Source: Caulobacterales bacterium RIFCSPHIGHO2_01_FULL_70_19 (GTDB lineage Bacteria; Pseudomonadota; Alphaproteobacteria; Caulobacterales; Caulobacteraceae). From it: DNA of 64,000 nt. This document shows positions 48,165 through 59,493 of this stretch, in pieces. The DNA lies in NCBI GenBank assembly GCA_001794825.1, contig MGLK01000026.1, positions 19,619 to 83,618 on the forward strand, written 5' to 3'. Under the pieces are notes generated by a model. That model saw only the letters and a program-made list of their open reading frames with translations. It did not search any database and was not told where the DNA came from. The position numbers and the translations under genes were made by a program. The first letter of the stretch is position 1. The number at the start of each line of letters is the position of its first letter.

Positions 48165-48298
48165 GAGAAAGCCCTCCGGCGAACGCAATCAGGTCACTAT
48201 ATCGCTCACGGCGAAATCGGAAGACGCGGTCTTGACGGCTTCGACTAGACGTGGAGTCCACGATCAGCGATTCTCCCGACAAAGCAGGGAGTTTGCCG

Positions 48299-48670
48299 AT
48301 GACAGAGCCAGAACTGACCCGAGCCGGTAGGGACGCGGACTGGGAAGTGCCGCGCACCAATCTATCGATGCGCATTCCTCGATGGGCCCACAAGCGTATG
48401 AAGGCGAAGGCCCGTGACGAGGGCCGGACTGCGGCGGACCTGTATACGGACGTCGTGGGAGACTTCGTTGAAAACGAAATCGATCGCTGGAAGAATGGTT
48501 TAATCGCCGGACCGACGTCGTCGCCGTCGACCTCGCTGGTGGTTCCGCGCCCGTTGGCGACGCGCGTCCGAGCCATCGCTGAAGACCGCGACGTCATCAT
48601 CAGCGACATCATCTACACCGCAGTCCTTTTGTACCTGGGCGAAGCGCCTCCGAGCGCCGCCGCCGCCTGA
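48299..48670 (+). CDS. Hypothetical protein with two ribbon-helix-helix-like segments
   Basis: 'LSMRIPRWAHKRMKAKARDEGRTAADLYTDVV' and 'LVVPRPLATRVRAIAEDRDVIISDIIYTAVLLYL' both look like beta-strand/helix/helix CopG-type units. Start could be 48251 or ATG 48299. Confidence 0.5.
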   Translation: MTEPELTRAGRDADWEVPRTNLSMRIPRWAHKRMKAKARDEGRTAADLYTDVVGDFVENEIDRWKNGLIAGPTSSPSTSLVVPRPLATRVRAIAEDRDVIISDIIYTAVLLYLGEAPPSAAAA

Positions 48671-48875
48671 GCCCGATCCAGGCTGGCTAGTCGAGCTGCG
48701 CTCGTGAGCACAGAGTCGCAGCATTCCGATCAAAACTCGCAAGACTGATCGCAAACACCATGCGAACGGCCTGTGGCGATGAGAATCTCAAGCATTGGAA
48801 ACAGGGACACGAGAGAGGCCGTCTCGCCAGACCCGGGACACGCCTAAGACATATTATGCGAAATTCGGGATCAGC

Positions 48876-49745
48876 TCAGCGGGCCGCGCTGCGCGCCTGC
48901 AGGCGCGCCGCAAGACTGGAAGTGTCCCAGCGCGAGCCTCCCATGGCCTGCACCTCTGAATAGAACTGGTCGACCAGCGCCGTCAGGGCCAGATGGCTGC
49001 CGTTGGCGCGCGCCTCCTCAAGCACCAGTCCGAGGTCCTTGCGCATCCAGTCGACGGCGAAGCCGAACTCGAACTCGCCGCGAGCCATGGTCTTCCAGCG
49101 ATTGTCCATCTGCCACGACTGGGCCGCGCCCTTCGAGATGGCGTCGTAGACGGCGTCCGTGTCGAGGCCGGCCGACTGGGCGAAGTGCACGGCCTCGGCC
49201 AGGCCCTGCACGACGCCGGCGATGCAGATCTGGTTGACCATCTTGGTCAACTGGCCGGCGCCCGCGGGCCCCATGTGCTTCACGGCCCTGGCGTAGGCGC
49301 GAAGGACCGGCTCGACACGCGCCAGCGCCGCCGCGTCGCCGCCCGCCATGACGCTGAGCGCGCCCGCTTCCGCGCCCGCCTGGCCGCCCGAGACCGGCGC
49401 ATCGATGAAGGCCACGTCCGCCTTGTCCGCGGCGGCGGCCATTTCCCGGGCGATGCGGGCCGACGTCGTGGTGTGGTCCACGACCACGGCCTGCGGGCCG
49501 AGGTGCGGAAGAGCCTCGAGGACGACCTGGCGCACGTCGTCATCGTTCCCGACGCAGAGGATGAACAGTTCGGCGCCCCGGGCCGCGTCGGCCACCGTGG
49601 CGGCGTAGCGCCCGCCCGCGGCCTCGGCCCAGGCCTGCGCCTTGGCCGGCGAGCGGTTGAAGCCTGCGACCTCATGTCCGGCGGCCACGAGGTGACGCGC
49701 CATCGGCGCGCCCATGACGCCCAGTCCCGCGAAGCCGATTCTCAT
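48876..49745 (-). CDS. NAD(P)-dependent oxidoreductase, 3-hydroxyisobutyrate dehydrogenase family
   Basis: 'MRIGFAGLGVMGAPMARHL', 'DAPVSGG', 'KMVNQICIAG'. Confidence 0.9.
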   Translation of the reverse strand: MRIGFAGLGVMGAPMARHLVAAGHEVAGFNRSPAKAQAWAEAAGGRYAATVADAARGAELFILCVGNDDDVRQVVLEALPHLGPQAVVVDHTTTSARIAREMAAAADKADVAFIDAPVSGGQAGAEAGALSVMAGGDAAALARVEPVLRAYARAVKHMGPAGAGQLTKMVNQICIAGVVQGLAEAVHFAQSAGLDTDAVYDAISKGAAQSWQMDNRWKTMARGEFEFGFAVDWMRKDLGLVLEEARANGSHLALTALVDQFYSEVQAMGGSRWDTSSLAARLQARSAAR

Positions 49746-50245
49746 TTGACGTCTCCCAGCATCCCGTAGCGACCCCGCCAGAACGTCAGTGCGGAGCCCT
49801 CCTCGACCGAGAAGCTCTCGACCCGGCCGACGACGATCATGTGATCTCCCATCCCGATCCTCTCATGGGTGGCGCAATCGAAGCGGGCCAGGACGTGAGG
49901 CAGACGCGGGGGACCGTCCGCTCGCCTACCGAACTCACCCTCGGACAGGATCGCCACGCCCCGGGCGAAGCGCGCCGCCCTCGCCCGGTCCGCGGCCGCA
50001 AGGACGTGGACGGCGAATCGGTCGGCGGCGGCGAAGGCCGACCAGCGCTCCGACCGTTCGTCCAGGCACCACAGGATCAGCCGCGGCTCGAGCGAGACAG
50101 AGGTGAAGGAGTTGATGGTCAGGCCCAGCGGCCCCTGGTCGCTGTCGGCCGTCACCACGCACACGCCTGTGGCGAAGGCGCCGAGCGCGCGGCGGTAGGC
50201 CGTGGTCTCGGCGGACGGATGCTCGGGCGGCGGTTCGAGGGTCAC
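49742..50245 (-). CDS. Flavin reductase (FMN-binding split-barrel family)
   Basis: 'FATGVCVVTA', 'LTINSFTSVSLEPRLILWCL'. 4-nt overlap with the downstream dehydrogenase. Confidence 0.88.
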   Translation of the reverse strand: MTLEPPPEHPSAETTAYRRALGAFATGVCVVTADSDQGPLGLTINSFTSVSLEPRLILWCLDERSERWSAFAAADRFAVHVLAAADRARAARFARGVAILSEGEFGRRADGPPRLPHVLARFDCATHERIGMGDHMIVVGRVESFSVEEGSALTFWRGRYGMLGDVK

Positions 50246-50353
50246 GCGTCCGACCTAGGCGGCCGCGCGGGCCGGGGCAAGCCGCGGATGGGAAACGTCG
50301 CCTTAACGCCTCGCCGTCCAGGATCGGGACAGTCCCGCTGGAGCCCCTCCCCC

Positions 50354-51256
50354 ATGTCCATGAGCGATCGTCCGATCCTCATCAAGAAGGTCAAGAAGGT
50401 CGTGGGGCACGGCCACCATGGCGGCGCATGGAAGGTCGCCTACGCCGACTTCGTGACCGCGATGATGGCCTTCTTCCTGCTGATGTGGCTGATCAACACG
50501 ACGGATCCGGAGCAGAAGCGCGGCATTGCGGAGTATTTCGCGCCGGCCAGCGTGTCGCAGACCACCTCGGGCTCGGGCGGCATTCTCGGCGGCACCTCGC
50601 TGGGCGACGACGGGGCCAAGGGGGCGGGTTCGATGTCAGTGATCACCCAGCTGGCCCCCGAGGCGCCGGAGGATGCGCCGGCGGAAGCGGGCCAGAATTC
50701 GAACCTCGCCGCGGCCACGGAAGAGGAGCTGCGCGAAGAGATCGCCCGGCGCGAGGCCGCGGACTTCGCTTCCGCGGCCGAATCGCTGCGTCAGGCGATG
50801 CAGTCGATGCCGGAGCTGGCCGAGCTGTCGAAGCAGCTGATCATCGACCAGACTCCGGAAGGGCTGCGCATCCAGCTGGTCGACCAGGAAGGCCGCTCGA
50901 TGTTCGAGACCAATTCGGCCCGGCCCAATCCACGGGCCCAGCTGCTGCTCCGGGCTATCTCGCGAGTGATCAACCAGCTGCCGAACCGCATCTCGATCAC
51001 CGGCCACACCTCGGCGGCGCCAGGGTCGAACCGGGCCAGCGGCCCCAACGACTGGACCCTGTCGTCAGCGCGCGCCAACGCTTCGCGGTTGATCCTGCAG
51101 GCGGCGGGCGTGGATCCCGACCGGGTCTACCAAGTGTCGGGCAAGGCGGGATCGGATCCGCTCTACCCCGACGACCCGACCCTCGCAGGAAACCGACGCA
51201 TCGCCATCGTGTTGCTGCGCGAGGCTCCGGTGCTGCCCACGGACACCAGCCTGTGA
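50354..51256 (+). CDS. motB: Flagellar motor stator protein MotB (OmpA-like C-terminus)
   Basis: 'HHGGAWKVAYADFVTAMMAFFLLMWL', C-terminal 'ISITGHTS...WTLSSARANASR...NRRIAIVL'. No motA adjacent. Confidence 0.9.
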   Translation: MSMSDRPILIKKVKKVVGHGHHGGAWKVAYADFVTAMMAFFLLMWLINTTDPEQKRGIAEYFAPASVSQTTSGSGGILGGTSLGDDGAKGAGSMSVITQLAPEAPEDAPAEAGQNSNLAAATEEELREEIARREAADFASAAESLRQAMQSMPELAELSKQLIIDQTPEGLRIQLVDQEGRSMFETNSARPNPRAQLLLRAISRVINQLPNRISITGHTSAAPGSNRASGPNDWTLSSARANASRLILQAAGVDPDRVYQVSGKAGSDPLYPDDPTLAGNRRIAIVLLREAPVLPTDTSL

Positions 51257-51368
51257 CCCGCCGCCCGGCCAGCGACGGTCGGGCTTGCGTCGGGAGGCGG
51301 AGCGGTCCCACATACGGTCATGTGCAAGGTGCCGGATTTCGGGCGGAATTGGATGGCGTGGTGAGGCC

Positions 51369-52103
51369 GTGACCCGCTTCGTTCCGCAACGCCAGCTACG
51401 CTTCTACATGACCTCGGTCGCCCCCTGCCCTTACCTGCCCGGGCAGACGGAACGGAAGGTGTTCGCCAACCTGCCCTTCTCGGACGGGGTCCACGTCAAC
51501 GATGAGCTGACCCAGGCCGGGTTCCGGCGCAGCCAGAACATCGCCTACCGGCCGGCGTGCGAGAGCTGCGACGCCTGCGTCTCCGTGCGCATCCCCACGG
51601 GCCAGTTCGCCTTCTCCCGATCGCAGCGGCGGGTGTTGGCGAGGAACTCGGATCTGAGCCGGGATCTGGTCGAGGCCGAGGCGACGACCGAGCAGTTCGA
51701 CCTGCTGCGGCGCTACCTGGCGGCACGGCATCCCGGCGGCGGGATGAGCGGCATGGGCTGGCTCGACTATGTGGCCATGGTCGAGGATACGGCGGTGCGG
51801 ACCCACCTGATCGAATACCGGCTGCCCTCCCCGGACGGCGGTCCCGGGGACCTGGTGGGGGTCTGCCTGACGGACCTGCTCTCGGACGGGCTGTCGATGG
51901 TCTACAGCTTCTTCGACCCGGACCAGGAGGCGCGGAGCCCGGGACGGTTCGCCATCCTCGACCACGTGCGACAGGCGCAGGCCGTGGGGCTCCCGTACGT
52001 CTACCTGGGCTACTGGGTCCGGGGATCGGAGAAGATGGACTACAAGGCCCGCTTCCGGCCGATGGAGCAACTGACCCGGCTGGGCTGGCGCGCCCTGCCC
52101 TAG
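51369..52103 (+). CDS. bpt: Arginyl/leucyl-tRNA--protein transferase (Bpt/Ate family)
   Basis: 'CPYLPGQTERKVF', 'GFRRSQNIAYRPACESCDAC', 'YVYLGYWV'. Start (GTG 51369) uncertain. Confidence 0.9.
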   Translation: MTRFVPQRQLRFYMTSVAPCPYLPGQTERKVFANLPFSDGVHVNDELTQAGFRRSQNIAYRPACESCDACVSVRIPTGQFAFSRSQRRVLARNSDLSRDLVEAEATTEQFDLLRRYLAARHPGGGMSGMGWLDYVAMVEDTAVRTHLIEYRLPSPDGGPGDLVGVCLTDLLSDGLSMVYSFFDPDQEARSPGRFAILDHVRQAQAVGLPYVYLGYWVRGSEKMDYKARFRPMEQLTRLGWRALP

Positions 52104-53125
52104 CTGGCCGCCGGCACGGAGGTGTCCTGCCCCGCCGGCTGCGGTCCGACCCACGGGCCCGGGTCCTGCCCCCCGCCGAATTTCACCAGCGCTTCGATGC
52201 GCTTTTCGATCGGCGGATGGGTGGCGAACAGGCCTTCCAGGCCGCGGCCGTCCGGCTGGTTGTCGAGGAACATCTGCTGCACCTCGTCCGGGCCCTTCAG
52301 CGAGGAGCGGCCCTCGATCTTGCGCAGGGCCGAGATCATTGCGTCGGGGTTCTTGGTCAGCTCCACGGCCCCGGCGTCGGCGACGAACTCGCGCGTGCGC
52401 GACAGCATCATCCGGATGACCACCGCCAGGGCCACGCCGACGGCGGCGAAAACCAGGCCGATGAGGATCAGCGGGCCGGCATTGGAGTTCTTCGATCGGC
52501 CGCGTCCGCCGCCGGTGTGGACCAGGGCGCGGAAGACCAGTTCGGCCAGCACGCTGATGATGCCGGCGAAGATGGAGGCGATGACCATGGTCCGCACGTC
52601 CTTGTTGATGACGTGGGTGAGCTCGTGGGCCAGAACGGCTTCGACCTCGTCGCGGGTCAGGGTGTTCACGAGCCCCCGGGTCACGGTGACGCTGTAGCGG
52701 CCCTCGTGCAGGCCGGTGGCGAAGGCGTTGAGGCTGTCGCTCTCGATCATGCGCAGTGTCGGCGTGCGCAGTCCGCGTGAGATCGCGAGGTTTTCCAGCA
52801 GGTTGTAGAGCTCGGGTTCAGTGCGTCTCTCAACCTTCCGGGCGCCGGTGATCGAGTCGATGATGGCCTGGTTGCCGACGTAGGCGATGGCGAACCAGAC
52901 CGCGGCGACGACCAGGGCCATGGGCACGGTCCAGCCCAGCCACGAGGCGGCCAGCGCCATGTCGTCGCCGAGCCCGCGCCCGGTGCCGGGCAGCAGGCCG
53001 AAGCCCATCATCACCAGCTGGGCGCCGTAGAGAATGAAGACCAGCAGCACCGGAAAGCCGGCCAGCAGCAGGATCGACCGGGTGTTGTTCGCCCAGATGT
53101 GGGTCTGGAGCCCGACGGCGCCCAT
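52100..53125 (-). CDS. htpX: M48-family zinc metalloprotease (HtpX-like)
   Basis: 'AVLAHELTHVINKD', multiple TM segments. Confidence 0.88.
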   Translation of the reverse strand: MGAVGLQTHIWANNTRSILLLAGFPVLLVFILYGAQLVMMGFGLLPGTGRGLGDDMALAASWLGWTVPMALVVAAVWFAIAYVGNQAIIDSITGARKVERRTEPELYNLLENLAISRGLRTPTLRMIESDSLNAFATGLHEGRYSVTVTRGLVNTLTRDEVEAVLAHELTHVINKDVRTMVIASIFAGIISVLAELVFRALVHTGGGRGRSKNSNAGPLILIGLVFAAVGVALAVVIRMMLSRTREFVADAGAVELTKNPDAMISALRKIEGRSSLKGPDEVQQMFLDNQPDGRGLEGLFATHPPIEKRIEALVKFGGGQDPGPWVGPQPAGQDTSVPAAS

Positions 53126-53132
53126 GGCTCAG

Positions 53133-53708
53133 TCAGGCCTGGAAGTTCACCGTCGGCGGGGCGGCGGTCATGGCGGCGCGGTCGGCCTCGCCCACATCGA
53201 AGAACGGCTTGTCCGCGTCGAAGCCGACGAGGCCGGCGAACAGGACGGTCGGGAACTGGCGGCGGACGGCGTTGAACTCGGAGACCGCGTTGTTGAAGAA
53301 GCGCCGGGCGGCGGCGAGCTTGTTCTCGATATCCGAAAGCTCGGTCTGCAACTGCTGGAAGTTGGTGTTGGCCTTGAGGTCCGGATAGGCCTCGGCGACG
53401 GCGAACAGGCGGCCCAGGGCGCCGGTCAGCATGTTCTCGGCCTGCACCCGATCGTTGATGTTCTGCGCCCCGGCGGCGGCGGCGCGTGCCTGGGTGACGG
53501 CGTCCAGGGTCCCGCGCTCGTGGGTGGCGTAGCCCTTCACCGTCTCGACGAGGTTGGGGATCAGGTCCTGCCGCTGCTTCAGCTGGACGTCGATGTCGGC
53601 GAACGACTGGTCGGCGCGCTGGTCCAGCGCCACGAGTCGGTTGTAGCCGCCGACGACGATGAACAGGACGATGGCGACGACGACGCCGATGACGATCCAG
53701 GTGATCAT
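53133..53708 (-). CDS. lemA: LemA-family membrane protein
   Basis: N-terminal TM segment, 'YNRLVALDQR', 'AEAYPDLKAN', 'RRFFNNAVSEFN'. Confidence 0.9.
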   Translation of the reverse strand: MITWIVIGVVVAIVLFIVVGGYNRLVALDQRADQSFADIDVQLKQRQDLIPNLVETVKGYATHERGTLDAVTQARAAAAGAQNINDRVQAENMLTGALGRLFAVAEAYPDLKANTNFQQLQTELSDIENKLAAARRFFNNAVSEFNAVRRQFPTVLFAGLVGFDADKPFFDVGEADRAAMTAAPPTVNFQA

Positions 53709-53867
53709 GTCAGTCTCCCCTCGGGGCGATGGCCCACCTCTTCACTATCGCCGGTTATGGACGGCGGGCGAAGTGAAATCGGAGTCACCGAACGCGCCGG
53801 TCGCCACCCTCCGGTATCCCGAGGCCGCGCCGCGGCTCCCCGTAGGGCGAGGATGGCGGCCGCCGTG

Positions 53868-56069
<2,202 letters not shown>

Positions 56070-56145
56070 GCGAAACTGATTCGGGCTGGGAAGCCGTCAG
56101 TCTAGCGCAGGATGGGCGCCCGTGACGGAACGCGCCTGTGGGCGA

Positions 56146-57747
56146 TCAGCCGACCGCCTGTTCGATGCCCGCCAGGAGGCTCTCGGCGGTGATCGGCTTT
56201 GACACGTGCAGGTCGGCGCCGGCGGCGCGGGCCTCCTCGCGGTGTTCGGTCATGGCGTTGGCGCTGAGCATGACGATCGGCGTGACGCCGGCGCCGCGCC
56301 GGGCTTCCAGCTCGCGAATGGCTCGCGTGGCGGCCAGGCCGTCCATCACCGGCATCTGCATGTCCATCAGCACCACGTCGTAGGGGGCGGCTGCGAAGGC
56401 CTCCAAGGCCTGGTGGCCGTCCTCGACGATGGTCAGGTCCGCGCCGGTGGAGGCCAGGATCAACTGCACGACGCGCTGGTTGGTCGGGTGGTCCTCGGCC
56501 AGGAGGACGCGCAGCGGCCTGTCGCGCCGGACGTCGCCCGTCGGCGCCGCCTCGTTTGCGGGGTCCTCCACGTGCGCGCCGACTCGCGCCAGCGGCAGAT
56601 GGACGGTGAACCGGCTGCCGGCGCCGGGCGACGAAACGACGGCGATGTCGCCGCCCATCATCCGGGCCAGAGAGCGGCAGATCGAAAGGCCCAGCCCCGT
56701 GCCGCCGAAGCGGCGGGTGATGCTGGTGTCCGCCTGGGTGAACCGCCCGAACAGGCGCGCGCCCGTCTCGGCGTCGAAGCCGATGCCGGTGTCCTGCACC
56801 TCGATCCGGATGCGCCCGGCGCGGTCGAGGTCGACCCGCACCGTGATCGATCCGTCGGCCGTGAACTTGACGGCGTTGGAGAGCAGGTTGTCGACGATCT
56901 GGCGCACGCGGGTGCTGTCGCCGATGAACCGGCCGCGGGCGGCCGGATCGTGGGCGACGACGACCTCCAGCCCCTTTTCGCTGGCGCGGGAGCGGACGCT
57001 CTCGATGGAGGCTGCGAGGGTGCGGGCCAGGTCGAACGGCCGGCTCTCGAGGTGCAAATGACCCGCCTCGATCTTGGAGACGTCGAGAATGTCCGAAACC
57101 AGCCGTTCCAGCACGACGCCGGATTCGCGCACCAGGGCGACCATCTCGGACTGTTCAGGCGTCAGGTCGGTGCGCGCCAGGGCGTCGACAATGCCGATGA
57201 CGCCGTTCAGGGGCGTCCGGATCTCATGGCTCATATTGGCAAGAAAGTCGGACTTCGCCCGGCTGGCCGCCTCGGCGGCCGCCCTGGCCTCGGCCATGGC
57301 GCGCTCGGCGGCGATGCGATCCGTCACGTCACGGGCCACGCCGTAGATCAGGTCGCCGTAGCGCTGGGCCCGCCATTCAAGGATGCGGTACGAGCCGTCG
57401 GCGTGCCGGTAACGGTTGATGAAGCCCAGCACCGGGTCGCCCGGCTTCCGGTTCTCGACCTCGTGGACGCTGATGCGGGTCGCGGCCGCATCTTCCGGGT
57501 GCAGGAAGCGCAGGAGAGGCCGGCCCTCCATGTCCTCGGGGCGATGCCCCAGCACCGTCTCCCACGAACGGCTGACCTTGACCGCCCGTCCCTCGAGATC
57601 GCGGATGACCAGGAGGTCAAGCGACACGTCGAAGAAGGTGCTGAGGTGAGCGTTCTCGCCCTCGCGCGGCTCCGAGACCGGCTCTTCCGCCACAAGGGAC
57701 GTTCTGACGAGGGACGCATAACTCATGTCGACTTGCCTTCGGCGCAC
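56146..57747 (-). CDS. Hybrid sensor histidine kinase (PAS-HisKA-HATPase-REC)
   Basis: PAS region, H-box 'NMSHEIRTPLN', '[14 protein letters not shown]', receiver 'VLLAEDHP...MDMQMPVMDG'. Confidence 0.9.
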   Translation of the reverse strand: MRRRQVDMSYASLVRTSLVAEEPVSEPREGENAHLSTFFDVSLDLLVIRDLEGRAVKVSRSWETVLGHRPEDMEGRPLLRFLHPEDAAATRISVHEVENRKPGDPVLGFINRYRHADGSYRILEWRAQRYGDLIYGVARDVTDRIAAERAMAEARAAAEAASRAKSDFLANMSHEIRTPLNGVIGIVDALARTDLTPEQSEMVALVRESGVVLERLVSDILDVSKIEAGHLHLESRPFDLARTLAASIESVRSRASEKGLEVVVAHDPAARGRFIGDSTRVRQIVDNLLSNAVKFTADGSITVRVDLDRAGRIRIEVQDTGIGFDAETGARLFGRFTQADTSITRRFGGTGLGLSICRSLARMMGGDIAVVSSPGAGSRFTVHLPLARVGAHVEDPANEAAPTGDVRRDRPLRVLLAEDHPTNQRVVQLILASTGADLTIVEDGHQALEAFAAAPYDVVLMDMQMPVMDGLAATRAIRELEARRGAGVTPIVMLSANAMTEHREEARAAGADLHVSKPITAESLLAGIEQAVG

Positions 57748-57806
57748 CCGGGATTCCGGGTCCGTGACCGTACAAATCGAGTGTTAAGGCGGCTTGAAGC
57801 GGAACC

Positions 57807-58538
57807 CTAAAGCCGCCCCGCCTCGCGCAGACGGTCGATCATCCACACCCGCGCCGGCGGCAGGGGCCGGTCCAGCGGGTGGAACACGAACTGCTCGAGG
57901 AAGTGTCCGGTGAGGTCGAGCCCCGCGCCGACGTCGCCCTCGCCGAGGCCGGCCTGGGCGCCGAGCAGGAAGGGCGGCAGCTTCAGCAGTTTGTCGGCGT
58001 ACGGCTCTCCGGCGGCGCGGCTGACGGCGCGGCCGGTGCGCGGGCTGACCCAGACGAGGTCGTCGACGGCGCCGGTGGCGGCGCAGCGGCTGAGATCGAG
58101 CCCGAAGCCGAGATCCTCGAGCAGGCCGGCCTCGAAGCGGACGAAGACGGCGGGCCAGACCTCCGGGACGGCGAAGGCGGAGATCAGCGCCTCAAAGGCG
58201 AGAAAGGCGCCGGGGTGCGGCTCACGCTCCGGCAGCGCGCCCTGGGCCACGGCGGCGGCGGCGGCCAGACCGGTCAGGGCCAGCGGATCGTCGAACAGGG
58301 CGCTGGGCCCCTCCCCCACCGGCTCCAGCCGGGCCGAGCCGAGGTGCTCGGAGGTGCGGGCGCGGAGATCGGCGACGACCCGGGCGCCGGGCTGCAGGAA
58401 CGGCTTCATCCGCCGCGAGGCGCCGCCCGCGACATAGGCCGCGCGCCGGCCGTGGCTTTCGGTGAGCAACTCCACCACGGCTCCGGTGTCGCCGTGGGCG
58501 CGGGCGGCGAGGACGTAGGCGTCGTCGGTGAAGTCCAT
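57807..58538 (-). CDS. recO: DNA repair protein RecO
   Basis: Length, OB-fold-like N-terminus 'DDAYVLAARAHGDTGAVVELLTESHGR' and a Cys/acidic C-terminal half fit RecO. Call rests on overall resemblance. Confidence 0.8.
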   Translation of the reverse strand: MDFTDDAYVLAARAHGDTGAVVELLTESHGRRAAYVAGGASRRMKPFLQPGARVVADLRARTSEHLGSARLEPVGEGPSALFDDPLALTGLAAAAAVAQGALPEREPHPGAFLAFEALISAFAVPEVWPAVFVRFEAGLLEDLGFGLDLSRCAATGAVDDLVWVSPRTGRAVSRAAGEPYADKLLKLPPFLLGAQAGLGEGDVGAGLDLTGHFLEQFVFHPLDRPLPPARVWMIDRLREAGRL

Positions 58539-58588
58539 GCAGACGGCTTAGAGCGGCCGGCGGGGGTTGGCCACACGTTCCGGCGGCG

Positions 58589-59050
58589 TCACTCCGCTCC
58601 GCGGATGACCTCGACGACCTGCCGCGCCCTGTCATTGGGGACGGCGAAGCTGAGCACGTACTGCTCGATCCTCCAGCCGTCGGCGGTGAGGCGCAGGACG
58701 CCGGAGCCGCGGGTTTCGCCGTAGGACTCGTTGGACAGCTTCTCCTCGAACCAGGCGATGCAGCGGCAGTCGATCGGGGCGATGGTGATGGTCCGCTCGG
58801 CGGCGGGATAGGACCAGCCGTTGCCGCGCGCGAAATGAGGCCCGGCGTAGGCGCGGAATTCGGCCAGCGTCCAGTGCTCGGTCGCGTCCGTGCCGACGAA
58901 GCGGGCGTCGGGTGTGAACAGGGCGAAGTAGGCGTCGCCGTCGGCGGCGGTCGAGGCGGCGTTCAGCCGGTCGAGCACGGCGGCGACCTCGGCGACGGCG
59001 GGATCCGGAGCCTGGATGGACAGGGCGAGGGCGAGAAGTGGCGCGAGCAT
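58589..59050 (-). CDS. Secreted SnoaL/NTF2-like fold protein
   Basis: Signal 'MLAPLLALALSIQA', then 'DAYFALFTPDARFVGTDATEHW', typical of SnoaL-like/DUF4440 proteins. Confidence 0.6.
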   Translation of the reverse strand: MLAPLLALALSIQAPDPAVAEVAAVLDRLNAASTAADGDAYFALFTPDARFVGTDATEHWTLAEFRAYAGPHFARGNGWSYPAAERTITIAPIDCRCIAWFEEKLSNESYGETRGSGVLRLTADGWRIEQYVLSFAVPNDRARQVVEVIRGAE

Positions 59051-59097
59051 GGACGGAAGCCTACCTTGGCAAGCCGGATCGCCCAAGGAGGAAGCGC

Positions 59098-59493
59098 ATG
59101 CTGACCGTCGCCGGAATCGACCATGTGGTGCTGCGGGTGCGCGATGCAGAGGCGTCGGTGGCCTTCTACAGCGGGGTGCTGGGCTGCCCGGTCGAGCGGC
59201 GCAACGACGCCATCGGCCTGATCCACCTGCGCGCCGGCGACAGCCTGATCGACCTCGTGCCGCTGGACGGCCGGCTGGGGGCCGCGGGCGGCGCGGGACC
59301 GGGCGTGGAGGGTCGCAACGTCGACCACATCTGCCTGCGGCTTAAGGACTACGAGCCGGCGGCGACGATGGCGCACCTCAAGGCCCACGGCGTGCCCTTC
59401 GAGGCGCCGGCCGAGCGCTACGGGGCCGGCGGCGTGGCCGCCTCGATCTACCTGAAGGATCCCGACGGCAACGGCATCGAGCTGCGCGGCTAG
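59098..59493 (+). CDS. VOC-family (glyoxalase/bleomycin-resistance/dioxygenase) protein
   Basis: 'GIDHVVLRVRDAEASVAFYSGVLG', 'VDHICL', 'DPDGNGIEL'. Confidence 0.85.
   Translation: MLTVAGIDHVVLRVRDAEASVAFYSGVLGCPVERRNDAIGLIHLRAGDSLIDLVPLDGRLGAAGGAGPGVEGRNVDHICLRLKDYEPAATMAHLKAHGVPFEAPAERYGAGGVAASIYLKDPDGNGIELRG

Noticed and set aside
48797-48809. GGAAACAGGGACA as a possible right-hand inverted repeat of the tni element, with flank CGAGA against left flank CGAAC.
   Set aside because: Only the GAAAC...GACA skeleton matches the left IR, and it needs an insertion. The putative 5-bp duplication matches at 3 of 5 positions. It is kept only as a note inside the Tn finding.
52100-52103. Convergent bpt and htpX genes share the palindrome CTAG as overlapping stop codons.
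   Set aside because: It is real in the sequence but a trivial consequence of compact gene packing, with no functional implication I can support.
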